The notes: generated by a model not told the origin, from the letters alone. Positions 21,101 through 31,950 are shown, counted from the first letter of the stretch. The stretch is 64,000 bases of DNA from an uncultured Gemmatimonadales bacterium (GCA_963701965.1 OY969695.1:2816001-2880000); one strand, 5' to 3'. Numbers and translations are program-made.

Positions 21101-23826
21101 CCCGCCCAGCTACCTGCAGGACCTGCAGGATGAGCTGACCGCGGCGGTGATGGCGTCGACCGAGGGCGGCCTGGTCGACAAACCGGGCGGCGTCATGCTC
21201 CGCCGGCGCGATCTCATTCCGCCCGACGACCTGGCGGTGTTGCGGGCGACGGCGCGCGTGCATGTCGTGTGCGACGGGCTCCGGCTCGCCGAGATGCTGG
21301 AGTTGCCGGAATCGGAGCCGGACTACGGGGCGCCGTTCGAGCCGTCGACGCAGGCGGGCGGCGGCATCGTGAGCGCCGCGCTGCTGGCCGCCGCGGCGGC
21401 GCGGTCCGGTGACGGCGCGCGGGGCGCCGCGCTCATCGATGCCATGCCGCCGCTGGCGTTCGATAACGGCATTGGCGGGTTGACGCCGGACGGCGCCTAC
21501 GAGATCCGCCTCACGACCGGCGTGACCACGCCGGCGCCGTGGACGAACGTGATCGCCAACGAGCGCGGAGGATTTCTCATCTCGGAGAACGGCGGCGGGT
21601 ACGTCTGGGCCGAGAACAGCCTCTTCTTCCGGCTGACGCCGTGGCGGAACGATCCGGTGGGCGATGAGCCGACGGACATCCTCTACGTTCGCGATGACGA
21701 GACCGGCGAAGTCTGGTCGGCGACGCCGGATCCGGTGCGCCACGCCACGCCCTACGTCGTGCGGCACGCGCCCGCCCGCAGCGAGTTCCAGCACAGCCAC
21801 GCCGGGCTGACCACGACGTTGACGCTGGGCATGGCCGGCGACGAGGCAGTCAAGGTCGAGGTGCTGCGGATCACGAACGACACCGGCGGCTCGCGCCGCG
21901 TGACCATCACGCACTATGCCGAGTGGTGCCTCGGCGTCATCCGCGAGCACACGCAGCATCAGGTGCGCACGGCGTTCGACCGCGAGACCGAGGCCCTCCT
22001 CGCGCAGAACGAATACGACGGCGACTTCGCCAGCCGGCGCGCGTTCACCGCCCTCAGCCTGCCCGTGACCAGTTTCACGGCCGACCGGCGGGAATTCCTC
22101 GGCCGCAATGGATCGTTGGCCGCGCCCGCGGCGCTGGAGCGGACCCTCCTGTCCGAGGCCAGCGGGCCGCTGCTCGATCCCTGCGCCGTGCTCCAGACCG
22201 TCGTGACCCTCGCCCCGGGCGAGACGCGCGAGGTCGTCGTGCTCGTGGGCTGCGGCACCAGTGACGACGACTGTCGCCGGCTGGTGCGGGCCTACCGGGA
22301 CCCGCTGGACGCCCGGCGAGCGCTCGACAGGTCGGCGCTGGCCTGGCAGCGGCGGCTCGGCGTCATTCGCGTGCAGACGCCATCGCCCGCGTTCGACGCG
22401 ATGCTCAACAGCTGGGCGTTGTATCAGGCGCTGGCCTGCCGGTTCATGGCCCGGACGGCGTTGTACCAGTCGAGCGGGGCCTATGGATTCCGCGACCAGC
22501 TGCAGGATTCGATGGCGTTCGTGTACGCCGAGCCGGCCCTGGCCCGGGCGCATATCGTGCGCAGCGCGGGGCGGCAGTTCGTGGAAGGCGACGTGCAACA
22601 TTGGTGGCACGCGCACAATGGCCGCGGCGTGCGCACGCGCTTTTCGGACGACCTGGCGTGGCTCCCGTACGTCGTCGATCACTACATCGCGGTGACGGGC
22701 GATGCGACGGTGCTGGACGAAGTCGTGCCGTTCATCACGATGCGCGCGCTGGAGCCCAACGAACAGGAGCTCTACGACCGGCCCGACGTGTCGAGCGAGA
22801 CCGCGACCGTGCGCGAGCACTGTGTGCGCGCGCTCCGGAAAGCGACCACGGTCGGCCAGCATGGCCTGCCGCTCATGGGCATCGGCGATTGGAACGACGG
22901 CATGAATCGCGTCGGCGTCGGCGGAAAAGGCGTCAGCGTGTGGCTGGCGTGGTTTCTCATCGCGACGCTGCGCCGTTTCGCGGCGTACGCCGATGCGGCG
23001 ACGGCCGCCGAGTTCCACGCCAAGGCCACCGCCTACGCCGAGGCCATCGAACGCGAATCGTGGGATGGCCAGTGGTACCGGCGGGCGTACTTCGATGACG
23101 GCACGCCGCTGGGCAGCGCCGAGAACGACGAATGCCGCATCAATGCCATCGCGCAGAGCTGGGCCGTCATCTCCGGCGCGGGCAATCCGGCTCGGGTGCG
23201 CACGGCAGTCGCCTCGGCCTACAACCATTCTCGTTCGCGAAGACGCGCGGCTCATCATGCTGCTGACGCCGGCGTTCGATCGCACGGATCACGATCCCGG
23301 CTACATCAAGGGCTATCTCCCCGGGGTGCGGGAGAACGGCGCGCAGTATACCCACGCGGCGACATGGGCCGTGCTGTCGCGGGCCATGCTGGGCGATGGC
23401 GACGTGGCGTACAAACTCTACGAGATGCTCAACCCCCTGACGCACGCGTCCACGGCCGAGGGCGTCGAGCGGTACAAAGTCGAGCCCTTCGTCGTCGCCG
23501 CCGACGTCTACACGGCCGCAGGCCATCTGGGCCGCGGGGGGTGGACGTGGTATACCGGGTCGGCCGCCTGGGTCTATCGCGTCGGCCTCGAAGGTATTCT
23601 CGGATTTACGCAACGCGGGTCGTCACTCACCATCGCGCCCGTCATACCCGCGGACTGGCCCGGTTTCTCTCTCTCATACCGGTACGGCGGATCGACCTAC
23701 GAGATCACCGTACAGATCGGCGACCACTCAGAGATCACGGTCGACGGCGAAGCCGTCGCCGAGATCAACTTGGTCGATGATGGCGCAACGCATCACGTAC
23801 TGGTGATACGCTCACGGCGGCCCTAG
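15143..23826 (+). CDS. ndvB: Cyclic beta-1,2-glucan synthase (Cgs/NdvB/ChvB; GT84 + GH94), split by two apparent +1 frameshifts (~18648, 23229)
   Basis: EWLLDNFY, WMGWERKRGKL, YVITLDSDT, GEGS-like FTGKGIYDVD, LLSHDLIEG, RWIRGDWQ, RTSPTNIG, SWSGSMFEY, QSSGAYGFRDQLQD, GDWNDGMN, GVRENGAQYTH and GRGGWTWYTGSA across three successive frames. The joined protein is about 2,893 aa. Confidence 0.93.
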
Positions 23827-25323
23827 GTCGCCGGCGGCCGGCCCGTTGATCACTTTGCCATAGGGGTCGAACCGCGATCCGTGGCACGGGCAGTCCCACG
23901 TATGCTCGCCCGAGTTCCATTCGACGATGCAGTAGAGATGCGGACACACGGCCGAGCATTCGTGTGTGACGCCGGCGGAGTCGCGGTAGGCCGCGATCTT
24001 CGTGATGCCGCGCCGGATGACGGCCCCTTCGCCCGGACGGATCAAGTCGACGGTGCGGACTTCGCCGGGCGTCACCCACCGCGCATACTGGCCGGCCACG
24101 TTCAGATTTTCCCGGGCGTAGGCGACGCCCGACCGCATCATGAGCCGCGACGGATCATAGAGCTTGGTCCACGGATTCTCGCGGCCCAGGATGAGATCCG
24201 TGAGCAGCATGCCGGCGATGGTGCCGTACGTCATGCCGTTCCCCGAGTCACCAGTCGTGACGAAGATGTGCGGCACGACGCCGGGATTGGCGCCGATGAA
24301 CGCCAACCCGTCGACCGGCTCCAGGACCTGACCCGACCACCGGCGGATGGGAGCGCCCGCGCGGGGAAACCGCGCCCGGGTCCACGCTTCCAGCGCCGCG
24401 AACCGCGCCTCGGCGTCATCGGCCTGGCCCGTCCGATGATCCTCGCCGCCGACGATCAACATGTCGCCGCGCATGCGCACGTAGTGGTACGGCGTGTCCG
24501 TATCCCAATAGAGCGCCGTCTCGGCCGCGATCCCGGCCGCCGCGCGCGTGTAGGCGATGACGTAGGTCCGATAGGCCGCTTGCTTGGTGTGGAGTGTGAC
24601 CACGTCGTTGACCGGCGCGCCCGTCGCCACGACCACATCGGACGCCGTGATCGTATGCCCGGTGTCGGTCACGACCCGGCCCGGGATGCCTCCCTGCATC
24701 GTCGCGGCGTGGGTGCCGCCGTAAATGCGTCCGCCATCGCGCACGATGGCGCGGGCCAGTCCCTCCAGATACCGCACCGGATCGAACTGGGCTTGCCGCG
24801 GAAACCGGAGGCACGGGCGGTCATTGTACGCCAACGCCGGGAGCGGGGCCTGCGCCAACCGGCGCACGTGGGACAGGCCGGCCCGATCGCAGGCGGCCAG
24901 CTCGCGGTCGAGCAACTCGGGGTCGCCCCCATCGGCGAGGACCAGGTAGCCATCGACCCGCTCGAAGTCGCAGTCCAAGTCTTCGGCGCGGGCGATCGAC
25001 TCGATGCGGTCGATCGCGGCCACGTGGCTCTCGGCGGCGAGCCGCGTCGCGGCCATCCCGTGGCGGCGCTCGAGGGCGAAATACCGGTCATCGAGCACGC
25101 AGGTGATCTGCGCCGTGCTGCGGCCCGTCTCGCCGCCCGCCAGGCCGCCGTCGTCGATCACGATGACGGTCTTCCCTTCGCGGGCCAGGAGATACGCCGT
25201 GGTGATGCCGGCGATGCCGGCGCCGACGACGCAGACGTCGGCGTAGGTGTCTCCGTCGAGCGGGGCGTACCACGGGACCGAGCGCCGGCCGCCGTGCCAC
25301 CAAATCGGAGTGGTCGCGATCAT
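23812..25323 (-). CDS. FAD-dependent oxidoreductase with C-terminal Rieske [2Fe-2S] domain (YhfW-like)
   Basis: VVGAGIAG Rossmann motif, GETGRSTA, WSGQV, GNGMTYG and Rieske CPHLYC...WDCPCHGSRF. Confidence 0.93.
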   Translation of the reverse strand: MIATTPIWWHGGRRSVPWYAPLDGDTYADVCVVGAGIAGITTAYLLAREGKTVIVIDDGGLAGGETGRSTAQITCVLDDRYFALERRHGMAATRLAAESHVAAIDRIESIARAEDLDCDFERVDGYLVLADGGDPELLDRELAACDRAGLSHVRRLAQAPLPALAYNDRPCLRFPRQAQFDPVRYLEGLARAIVRDGGRIYGGTHAATMQGGIPGRVVTDTGHTITASDVVVATGAPVNDVVTLHTKQAAYRTYVIAYTRAAAGIAAETALYWDTDTPYHYVRMRGDMLIVGGEDHRTGQADDAEARFAALEAWTRARFPRAGAPIRRWSGQVLEPVDGLAFIGANPGVVPHIFVTTGDSGNGMTYGTIAGMLLTDLILGRENPWTKLYDPSRLMMRSGVAYARENLNVAGQYARWVTPGEVRTVDLIRPGEGAVIRRGITKIAAYRDSAGVTHECSAVCPHLYCIVEWNSGEHTWDCPCHGSRFDPYGKVINGPAAGDLGPP

Positions 25324-25351
25324 CGGCGCGCGGGCGCGCCGATCCAGGAGC

Positions 25352-25759
25352 TCAGCCGCAGCCGGGAGCGAGCTCGATCGAGTCCGCCGCGAACGGCGGG
25401 GTGGCCGTACCGCCCCAGATCGCGCACTTGCTGGGTGACGCGCTCGACGGCACGTAGCCGCTGACGACGGTCGCCGTCCAGCCGTTGTTGGTGACGCTGC
25501 TGGCCGAGATCGAATTGGCGGAGGACAGGTGGAACGCGCCGGAGGAGATCAGGCTGGCCGGGTCGGCGTACGTGGCGTTGTCGAAGAAGTACCCCTCCTC
25601 GACTGTCGCCAGGTTGCGCAGGTCGGCCCGCATCGACGTCACGTAGGCTTTCTGTTTCGAGCTGGCGAACTTCGGAATCGCAATCGCGGCAAGGATGCCG
25701 ATGATCACGACGACGATCAGTAGCTCGATCAGGGTAAAGCCGGTACGCCGGGTCGACAC
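25352..25759 (-). CDS. Type IV pilin
   Basis: Prepilin cleavage/methylation site G|FTLIELLIVVVIIGILAAIAIPKF, a C-terminal Cys pair and a GAGGAG RBS. Confidence 0.93.
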   Translation of the reverse strand: MSTRRTGFTLIELLIVVVIIGILAAIAIPKFASSKQKAYVTSMRADLRNLATVEEGYFFDNATYADPASLISSGAFHLSSANSISASSVTNNGWTATVVSGYVPSSASPSKCAIWGGTATPPFAADSIELAPGCG

Positions 25760-25794
25760 GATGCTCCTCGCGTTTCAGGTCGGGCCCGAGTAAA

Positions 25795-25810
25795 AGCAAT
25801 GACCGTTCCC
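25795..25810 (-). promoter_or_regulatory. Sigma-54 (-24/-12) promoter of the pilin gene
   Basis: The minus strand reads GGGAACGGTCATTGCT, i.e. GG-N10-GC with TTGCT. Pilin genes are classically sigma-54 dependent. Confidence 0.65.
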
Positions 25811-25863
25811 ACAGCGAGCCGGCTAGTAACATGTTGTGATATCAACACTTGCGGTAATGGGTC

Positions 25864-25888
25864 GCGGCCCGCAGTCTCCGCGGGCCGC
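25864..25888 (-). terminator. Hairpin downstream of tkt
   Basis: GCGGCCCGC...GCGGGCCGC 9-bp perfect inverted repeat 23 nt after the tkt stop. It has no U-tract. Confidence 0.55.
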
Positions 25889-25911
25889 CTCATTCTGCAA
25901 CACTCCCCGCA

Positions 25912-27934
25912 TTATGAAGCGCGTAAGGCGGCCTCTACGACCCGTTCCGGCGTGATTCCCAGCTCTTTGAACAGGATCGGGGCGGGGGCCGAGGCTCCGA
26001 ACCGTTCGAGGCTGACGACGGCGCCGTGATCGCCGACCCATCGGTACCAGGACATCGGATGTCCGGCTTCCACAGCCACGCGCGGGATCCCAGGTGGCAG
26101 TACGCTGTCGCGATAACTGGCGGGTTGTGCGGCAAACAGCTCGTGGCTCGGCATGCTGACGACCCGGGCGCGGACGCCGCGGGCGGCCAGCATCTTCCGC
26201 GCTTCGACCGCGACGGAGACTTCGGAGCCGGACGAGAGGAGCACGACCTGCGGCGCGCCGCCGTCGGCATCGTACAGGACGTAGGCGCCTTTGGCCACGC
26301 CGGCCGCGCTTCCGGCCGTCGACCGGTCGATGAGCGGCAGTTTCTGGCGCGTGAGAACGAGGGAGACGGGTCCGTCCTTGTGGGTGATCGCGACGCGCCA
26401 CGCTTCGGCCGTTTCGTTGGCGTCGGCGGGTCGCACCAGGGTCATGTTGGGAATCGCGCGCATCGTCGACAGCTGCTCGATCGGCTGGTGCGTGGGCCCA
26501 TCCTCGCCCAGTCCGATCGAGTCGTGCGTGAACACGTAGATCACGTGCTGGTGCATCAGCGCCGCCAGCCGGATGGCGGGGCGCATGTAGTCGGAGAAAA
26601 TGAAGAACGTGGAGCCGTAGGGGAGGACGCCGCCGTGCAGCGCCATCCCGTTCAGGATACCACCCATCCCGTGCTCGCGGATGCCGAAGTGGACGTTCGA
26701 TCCGGCGTATTCGCCCGGCGCGAACGCGCCGTCGGCCTTGAGGTAGGTGAGGGTGGATGGATTGAGATCGGCGGCGCCACCGAAGAGTTCCGGTACCTGG
26801 CTCGCGAACGCGTTGAGCACGACCAATGAGGCGGCGCGGCTGGCGACGTTGCCATTCTCCGCCGTGAACACCGGGATGTTCTTGTCCCAATCCGGGCGGA
26901 GTCTCCCGGCGAGCCGCCGGTCGAACTCGGCCGCCTTCTCCGGCTGCGCGGCGGTGTAGGCGGCCCGCGTCTTTTCCCACGCGTCGCGCGCGGCGGCGCT
27001 CTTGCGGCCGGCGGCGCGCCAGTGCTCGAGCGCGGCGTCGGGCACGAAGAAGGGCTCCTGGGATGGCCAGCCGAGGTTCTCCTTGGACAGCTCGACCTCT
27101 TTGACGCCGAGGGCTTCGCCGTGGGCCTTTGCGGTGTCGACCCGGTTCGGGCTGCCGTAGCCAATGTGCGTGCGCGTGACGATGAGCGAAGGGCGGTCCG
27201 TCACCGCTTTGGCGGCCACGATGGCGGCATCGACCGTTGCCAGGTCATTGACGTCCGGCACGTGCTGTACGTGCCAGCCGTACGCCTCGAAGCGCTTCCC
27301 GGCATCATCGCTGTACGTGAGATCGGTGTCCCCGTCGATCGTGATGTGGTTGTCGTCGTAGAAGCCGATCAGCTTGCCCAGCTTGGCGTGTCCAGCGAAC
27401 GATGCGGCCTCGTGCGAGATGCCTTCCATGAGGTCGCCGTCGCCGACGATGAAGTACGTGTGATGATCGACGATCGCCTGACCGGGGCGATTGAACTGCG
27501 CGGCTAGGTGCGCCTCGGCCGCGGCCATGCCGATGGCGTTGGCGATGCCTTGGCCCAGGGGTCCGGTCGTGGTTTCGACGCCGGGCGTCTCGCCATGCTC
27601 GGGATGGCCGGGCGTCTTGCTCCCCCATTGCCGGAACTGCTTGATGTCATCGAGCGTCAGCGCGTAGCCGGTCAGATAGAGCACCGAATACAGCAGCATC
27701 GACGCGTGTCCGTTCGATAGCACGAACCGGTCGCGGTCGGGCCACTCCGGATGGGCCGGGTCGTAGCGCAGGTGGCGGGTCCACAGGAGGTACGCCAGAG
27801 GCGCCAACGCCATGGGCGTTCCGGGGTGTCCACTGTCGGCCTTCTGGACGGCGTCCATGGCCAGAGTGCGGACGGTGTCGATCGCCAGTTGTTCGATCGA
27901 GGATGTCGCCGGGGGGAGGGGCAATAGTCGCCAT
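25912..27934 (-). CDS. tkt: Transketolase (true ATG at 27934; apparent +1 error in the G6 run at 27911-27916)
   Basis: [40 protein letters not shown] and [16 protein letters not shown]. Removing one base gives [17 protein letters not shown]. Confidence 0.97.
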
Positions 27935-27942
27935 GCCCCAAT

Positions 27943-28383
27943 TTATCGCGTGATCGTGAAACTCGCGGTCTCGGCGATCACGGGATTCAGGAGCGTGACA
28001 ACCACGCGGGCGGGACCGGGCGTCGCGCCCAGCGTCACCACGACGAAGGCGGAGCCGGACCCGTCGGTGGAGTCGACGACCGAGCAGGACGGAGCGGTGC
28101 CATCGAGACGGGAGACCAGCGCCGTGCAATTGCCGGCCGCCAGCGGATGGTGCACCAGCGACGTGTCGGCCGTGGGCGCGAACAGGATCCCGCAATGGTC
28201 CGGCTCCCGCGTCCCCTCGAGCAGGATGACGAGCCCCTGGGGCAGCGTCGCGTTCGCGGTATCGCTTTGGAGGTTACCGGACGCGATGATGAGGCGGGAC
28301 CCGCCGGGTTGCGTACTAGTGTTTCCGCAGCCCGCCGCTCCGAACAGGAACCCGATGAGCGATAGTCGCGCCGTGTGCCGCAT
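27943..28383 (-). CDS. Hypothetical lipoprotein; truncated paralog (N-terminal Ig-like domain only) of the two upstream genes
   Basis: Lipobox GAAGC. IASGNLQSDT, DSTDGSG, LGATPGPARVVV and ETASFTI align by eye with the N-termini of both upstream paralogs. Confidence 0.7.
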   Translation of the reverse strand: MRHTARLSLIGFLFGAAGCGNTSTQPGGSRLIIASGNLQSDTANATLPQGLVILLEGTREPDHCGILFAPTADTSLVHHPLAAGNCTALVSRLDGTAPSCSVVDSTDGSGSAFVVVTLGATPGPARVVVTLLNPVIAETASFTITR

Positions 28384-29854
28384 CGCGTCCCAATTTAGCC
28401 GCCGCGGCGCTGGACGTGGGCTGCCAGCTGGGTGACTCGAGATTGCTGGTGTACAGCAGAGGCACCACTTCGCTAGTGGCGACATTGATCAGATCAATGT
28501 GGCCCGTCGACGAGTTGAAGGCGACGAGCCACTGGCCGTCCGGCGACCAGTCGAATCCCGCCAGGTAAAATGAGGCCCCCGCGAGGATCCTGCTGCCCGT
28601 CCCATCGGAGTGCGCGATGCCAATGTTGCCCGCGCAGGCGATTCCGTTGATATAGGCGATCTGATCCCCGGTCGGGGACCACGACGGCGACCACGCCGGA
28701 ATCGAGGTGCTCGTCACCGCTCCGGTGCTCGTCGCGAGGATCCGAAGGACGCGGGAAGAATCGGCGACGTAGGCGACATGCGAGCCGTCGGGTGACGGCG
28801 TCGGATACAGGTCCTCGTCCGGCAGCTGGTTGGGCAAGGAATCATCGTTGCTGCCGTCAGGCGCGACGCGCCAGAGCGACCAGTGTCCCGTGTCTTTCGC
28901 GTAGTAGATCCATGAGCCATCGCGTGAATACTGCGGCCACTGATCGATCGCACCGGGGCTGTTTTCGACCACGTGCGGATGGTTGCTGAGGTCGACCGTG
29001 GTCAACTGCGTGCTGCCCCCGGAACATCCACCCACGGGTTGCGAGAATACCACGCTCGTGCCCGAGGGTGCCCAACGCACGACGCCCACGCCTTGATCCG
29101 GCGTCGCGATCGTCTTCATGCCCGAGCCGTCGAGGTTGAACGTGATGATCCTGGTCAAATCCGTCGCCACGAGCGCGCCGTGTGGGACCGCGGACACATG
29201 GACCGTATCGACCGCTTTGCCCGCGGAGGCGGTAACGGCGATCACGCCGAAGCCCTTGGCGGTCAGCGTCGTTCCCGTGATCGTTCCCGGACCGGATGCG
29301 ATGCCGAACCTCACGACGTCAGTTCTGGCGTTGCCAAACGTGTCGAAGGCCTTGGCTTGCAGGGTGAGGGACGCGTCACCGAAAATCGTGGTGTCTCGGG
29401 GTGACACTCTCACCTGCGCCGCTTTGCCGGGCGTCACCGTGAATGTCGCGGTATCGACGTATCCCAGTTGGGGGACCCGCACCTCGATGCGGGCAACGCC
29501 TGCCGTGGCTCCGAGCACGACCTTGACCGCTGCCTGTCCCAACGAATCGGTGGAGTCGGCAATGAACGGGGCCGGGCCACCAGAGCCAATGGTCTCGACG
29601 TAAGCCTGCTCCCCACCGACGCCGCTGTCGACCGGGAAAGTCACGAATTGCACGACGTCGTGCGCAACCGGTTTGTGCAATGCCGTGATCCGGACCACCA
29701 AGGCCTGGGTGAACGCGCCGCCGACCGTGTCGGATTGTTGGTTGCCCGCGACGAAAACAATGCCCGATCCTGACGACGCGTGAGGCGCCGTGCCCGATCC
29801 ACAGGCCGCCGTGAGGAGGAGGGTCGCCGCGGAGACGGTGCGCTTCAGTGCCAT
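28316..29854 (-). CDS. Lipoprotein with Ig-like domains and TolB-like (PD40) beta-propeller
   Basis: Lipobox LTAAC, VAGNQQSDT and repeated WAPSG/YSRDG/PSPDG/WSPTG/WSPDG motifs. Confidence 0.85.
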   Translation of the reverse strand: MALKRTVSAATLLLTAACGSGTAPHASSGSGIVFVAGNQQSDTVGGAFTQALVVRITALHKPVAHDVVQFVTFPVDSGVGGEQAYVETIGSGGPAPFIADSTDSLGQAAVKVVLGATAGVARIEVRVPQLGYVDTATFTVTPGKAAQVRVSPRDTTIFGDASLTLQAKAFDTFGNARTDVVRFGIASGPGTITGTTLTAKGFGVIAVTASAGKAVDTVHVSAVPHGALVATDLTRIITFNLDGSGMKTIATPDQGVGVVRWAPSGTSVVFSQPVGGCSGGSTQLTTVDLSNHPHVVENSPGAIDQWPQYSRDGSWIYYAKDTGHWSLWRVAPDGSNDDSLPNQLPDEDLYPTPSPDGSHVAYVADSSRVLRILATSTGAVTSTSIPAWSPSWSPTGDQIAYINGIACAGNIGIAHSDGTGSRILAGASFYLAGFDWSPDGQWLVAFNSSTGHIDLINVATSEVVPLLYTSNLESPSWQPTSSAAAAKLGRDAAHGATIAHRVPVRSGGLRKH

Positions 29855-31287
29855 GTTGGAGAACCGATTTTGCCCGTGTACGCCAGCGGGAGGATCTCAG
29901 CGGTCGACACGCTGATGAGATCGAGGCGATTCGTTACGGCGTTCCGGGCGATGATGAACTGACCATCCGGCGACCAGTCGAACTGCGCGCCGTAGATGGA
30001 TGTCGGCGTCAGCACCGTCTGGCCGGAGCCGTCCGTATGCACGATACCGATATGGAAGGCGTCGGATGCGTAGGCGATGAGATCGGACTTGGGCGACCAT
30101 TGCGCCGCTTCCGCATTCACGCCGATCTCGAAGTCGGTTTGCGACGCCAGGGTGAGGATATGAATGTGGTTGCCGCCCGCCGCCACGTAGGAGAGCTGCT
30201 GACCGTTCGGCGAGGGACTCGGGAAGGTGAAGCCGTTTGGCAAGGACGGGAACGGCTGCACGGCCGCGTCGCCGGTGCTATTGGGATGCACTTGCCACAG
30301 CGCGTTGCTCTTCCAGTAGTAGATGAGAGAGCCGTCCCGACGATAGGCGGGCCAGGCGTCGATCTGCGACGCGAGGGCCTTGTCCAACACCGACACCGTC
30401 CCATCGAGGGTGGCGCTCGCCAGTTGATTCGAGCCGCCATCCAGTCCGCCCGGTACTTGATCGAATACGACGCTGGTGCCGGACGGCGCCCACTTGACCG
30501 TACCGGCCAATGTTGGCGTGATAATCCGGTACCCGGAACCATCGAGATTGAACATCGCGATGCCGCCGCTGTCGTCGACGGCGCCGGCGATCAAACCCTT
30601 CGGGACTACCGAAACGAATGACGTGTCACGGAACGTCCCACTGGCGCTCGCGATCGAGACACGACCGACACCGGTGGCCGTGACCGTGCTTCCGGAGACG
30701 CTGGCCGGGCCCGATATGATCGAGAAGGTGACCGGATCCGATCGCGCGTTGCCGAATCGATCCGTCGCCGCGGCGTGAAGGATCGCCTGTCCGCCTATGA
30801 AGAGCGCCGTGTCGGCTGGGGTGACGGTGATGGCCGCGGCGTTGCCGGCCTTCACCGTGAAGGTCGCGGTGTCGGCGTAGCCGAACGCGGGTACAGTAAC
30901 CTCGACTCGGGCTCTCCCTGTCCGAAATCCGAGGAAGATCGAGGCGTAGGCCTTCCCCTGGGCGTCCGTGGTGTCGACTAGGACGCTCTCCACCAGTGGC
31001 GACAGGAGCGACCCGACGTATGCCTCGTAGGCCGGGCCAATGACGCCGGGCGGAGCAGTGTCGAGGAGAATGCTGCGGAACTCGACGATTTGACCCGCCG
31101 CCGACTGCCCGTCGTGCGGCGCGATCTGAACGATCAAGGCGCGAGCGAGGTCGGCTTGGACGGTGTCGGTTTGTCTGTTCCCGGCAATGAAGCCTACGCC
31201 GCTCGCGCGGGGAGCAGTACTGCCATCGCCGCCGCACGCGATGCCGCCAAGGGCTAGCGAGAGACCCACAAACGGTGCGAAACGCAA
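29845..31287 (-). CDS. Lipoprotein with Ig-like domains and TolB-like beta-propeller (paralog)
   Basis: Lipobox GIAC, IAGNRQTDT and WAPSG/PSPNG/WSPKS/WSPDG repeats. TTG start at 31287 chosen for its upstream GGAG. Confidence 0.85.
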   Translation of the reverse strand: MRFAPFVGLSLALGGIACGGDGSTAPRASGVGFIAGNRQTDTVQADLARALIVQIAPHDGQSAAGQIVEFRSILLDTAPPGVIGPAYEAYVGSLLSPLVESVLVDTTDAQGKAYASIFLGFRTGRARVEVTVPAFGYADTATFTVKAGNAAAITVTPADTALFIGGQAILHAAATDRFGNARSDPVTFSIISGPASVSGSTVTATGVGRVSIASASGTFRDTSFVSVVPKGLIAGAVDDSGGIAMFNLDGSGYRIITPTLAGTVKWAPSGTSVVFDQVPGGLDGGSNQLASATLDGTVSVLDKALASQIDAWPAYRRDGSLIYYWKSNALWQVHPNSTGDAAVQPFPSLPNGFTFPSPSPNGQQLSYVAAGGNHIHILTLASQTDFEIGVNAEAAQWSPKSDLIAYASDAFHIGIVHTDGSGQTVLTPTSIYGAQFDWSPDGQFIIARNAVTNRLDLISVSTAEILPLAYTGKIGSPTWH

Positions 31288-31427
31288 GCGCGAACGCTCC
31301 AATAAAGAAAAACGGGCCCAACAATGGGCCCGCAAACATACGCTTTACCGGATGCGGGCGCGACCATTCGCGCCCGTGCAATCAGATGTTTGGTCTATTA
31401 TTTACAATTCAGTCGCCCTAGAGACCA

Positions 31428-31814
31428 TTAGGCAACCGGGGCATCCTTGAGCCGTTGGTTCAACACACGGCGCATCCGCTGCAGCGTCTTCGGATCATCG
31501 CGCACGTCCTCGACCACGTGGGCGAGGAACATAGCGCCGGACCCGCGGAACATCTTGTGCTTGAGATACCGAATGCTCGACTGCGCCGCCACCTCGCGGC
31601 TGACGCCGGGATGAAAGCGATGCGCCTTTCCCTCGACCGTGTGGGACAAGTAGCCCTTCGCCTCGAGCACGCGTAGCACGGTCAACACCGTGGTGTACGC
31701 CAGACGGTCGCTCAGCCGCACCTGAACCTCGGCGGCCGTCGACGGTCCGTGCTCCCAGAGCACGTTCATGAGATCCAACTCGCGGTCGGTAAACACTACC
31801 TCAGCCAGCTCCAT
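31428..31814 (-). CDS. BlaI/MecI/CopY family transcriptional repressor
   Basis: FTDRELDLMNVLWEHG, LAYTTVLTVLRVLEAKGY and KMFRGS. GAGGTG RBS before MELAEV. Confidence 0.92.
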   Translation of the reverse strand: MELAEVVFTDRELDLMNVLWEHGPSTAAEVQVRLSDRLAYTTVLTVLRVLEAKGYLSHTVEGKAHRFHPGVSREVAAQSSIRYLKHKMFRGSGAMFLAHVVEDVRDDPKTLQRMRRVLNQRLKDAPVA

Positions 31815-31928
31815 ATCACCTCTCGCCGTCCATACGTGCCGGACAGCCGTCAAGTTTCACGTCTTTTTCTTTGACGCCGAACGCCAGCAAATGGTTTGCA
31901 GGCTGCATACCCCCGGACGCACGAAAGG

Positions 31929-31950
31929 TCCTGACGGCAAAACGTCAGGA
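31929..31950 (-). terminator. Likely terminator of the serine-cycle operon
   Basis: TCCTGACG-N6-CGTCAGGA 8-bp perfect stem followed by CCTTT on the minus strand, 26 nt after the hpr stop. Confidence 0.6.

Noticed and set aside
14696..23285. Very long antisense ORFs (1411 aa, 1370 aa) and similar shadow ORFs throughout
   Set aside because: They mirror real genes in high-GC DNA, are Arg/Gly-rich and have no motifs.
15143..23826. cgs, dsbD-N, tkt and vWA as true pseudogenes
   Set aside because: Only single +1 insertions, no nonsense decay, a shared sequence context and an affected housekeeping gene. Sequencing error is more likely.
28316..28400. Further frameshift explaining the 68-bp overlap of two lipoprotein genes
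   Set aside because: A nearby out-of-frame TAA makes it possible, but a genuine C-terminal tail cannot be excluded by eye.
31880..31930. c-di-GMP-I riboswitch (GCAAACC) upstream of blaI
   Set aside because: It lacks the GAAA tetraloop P2 and the GACGCAAAGC elements.
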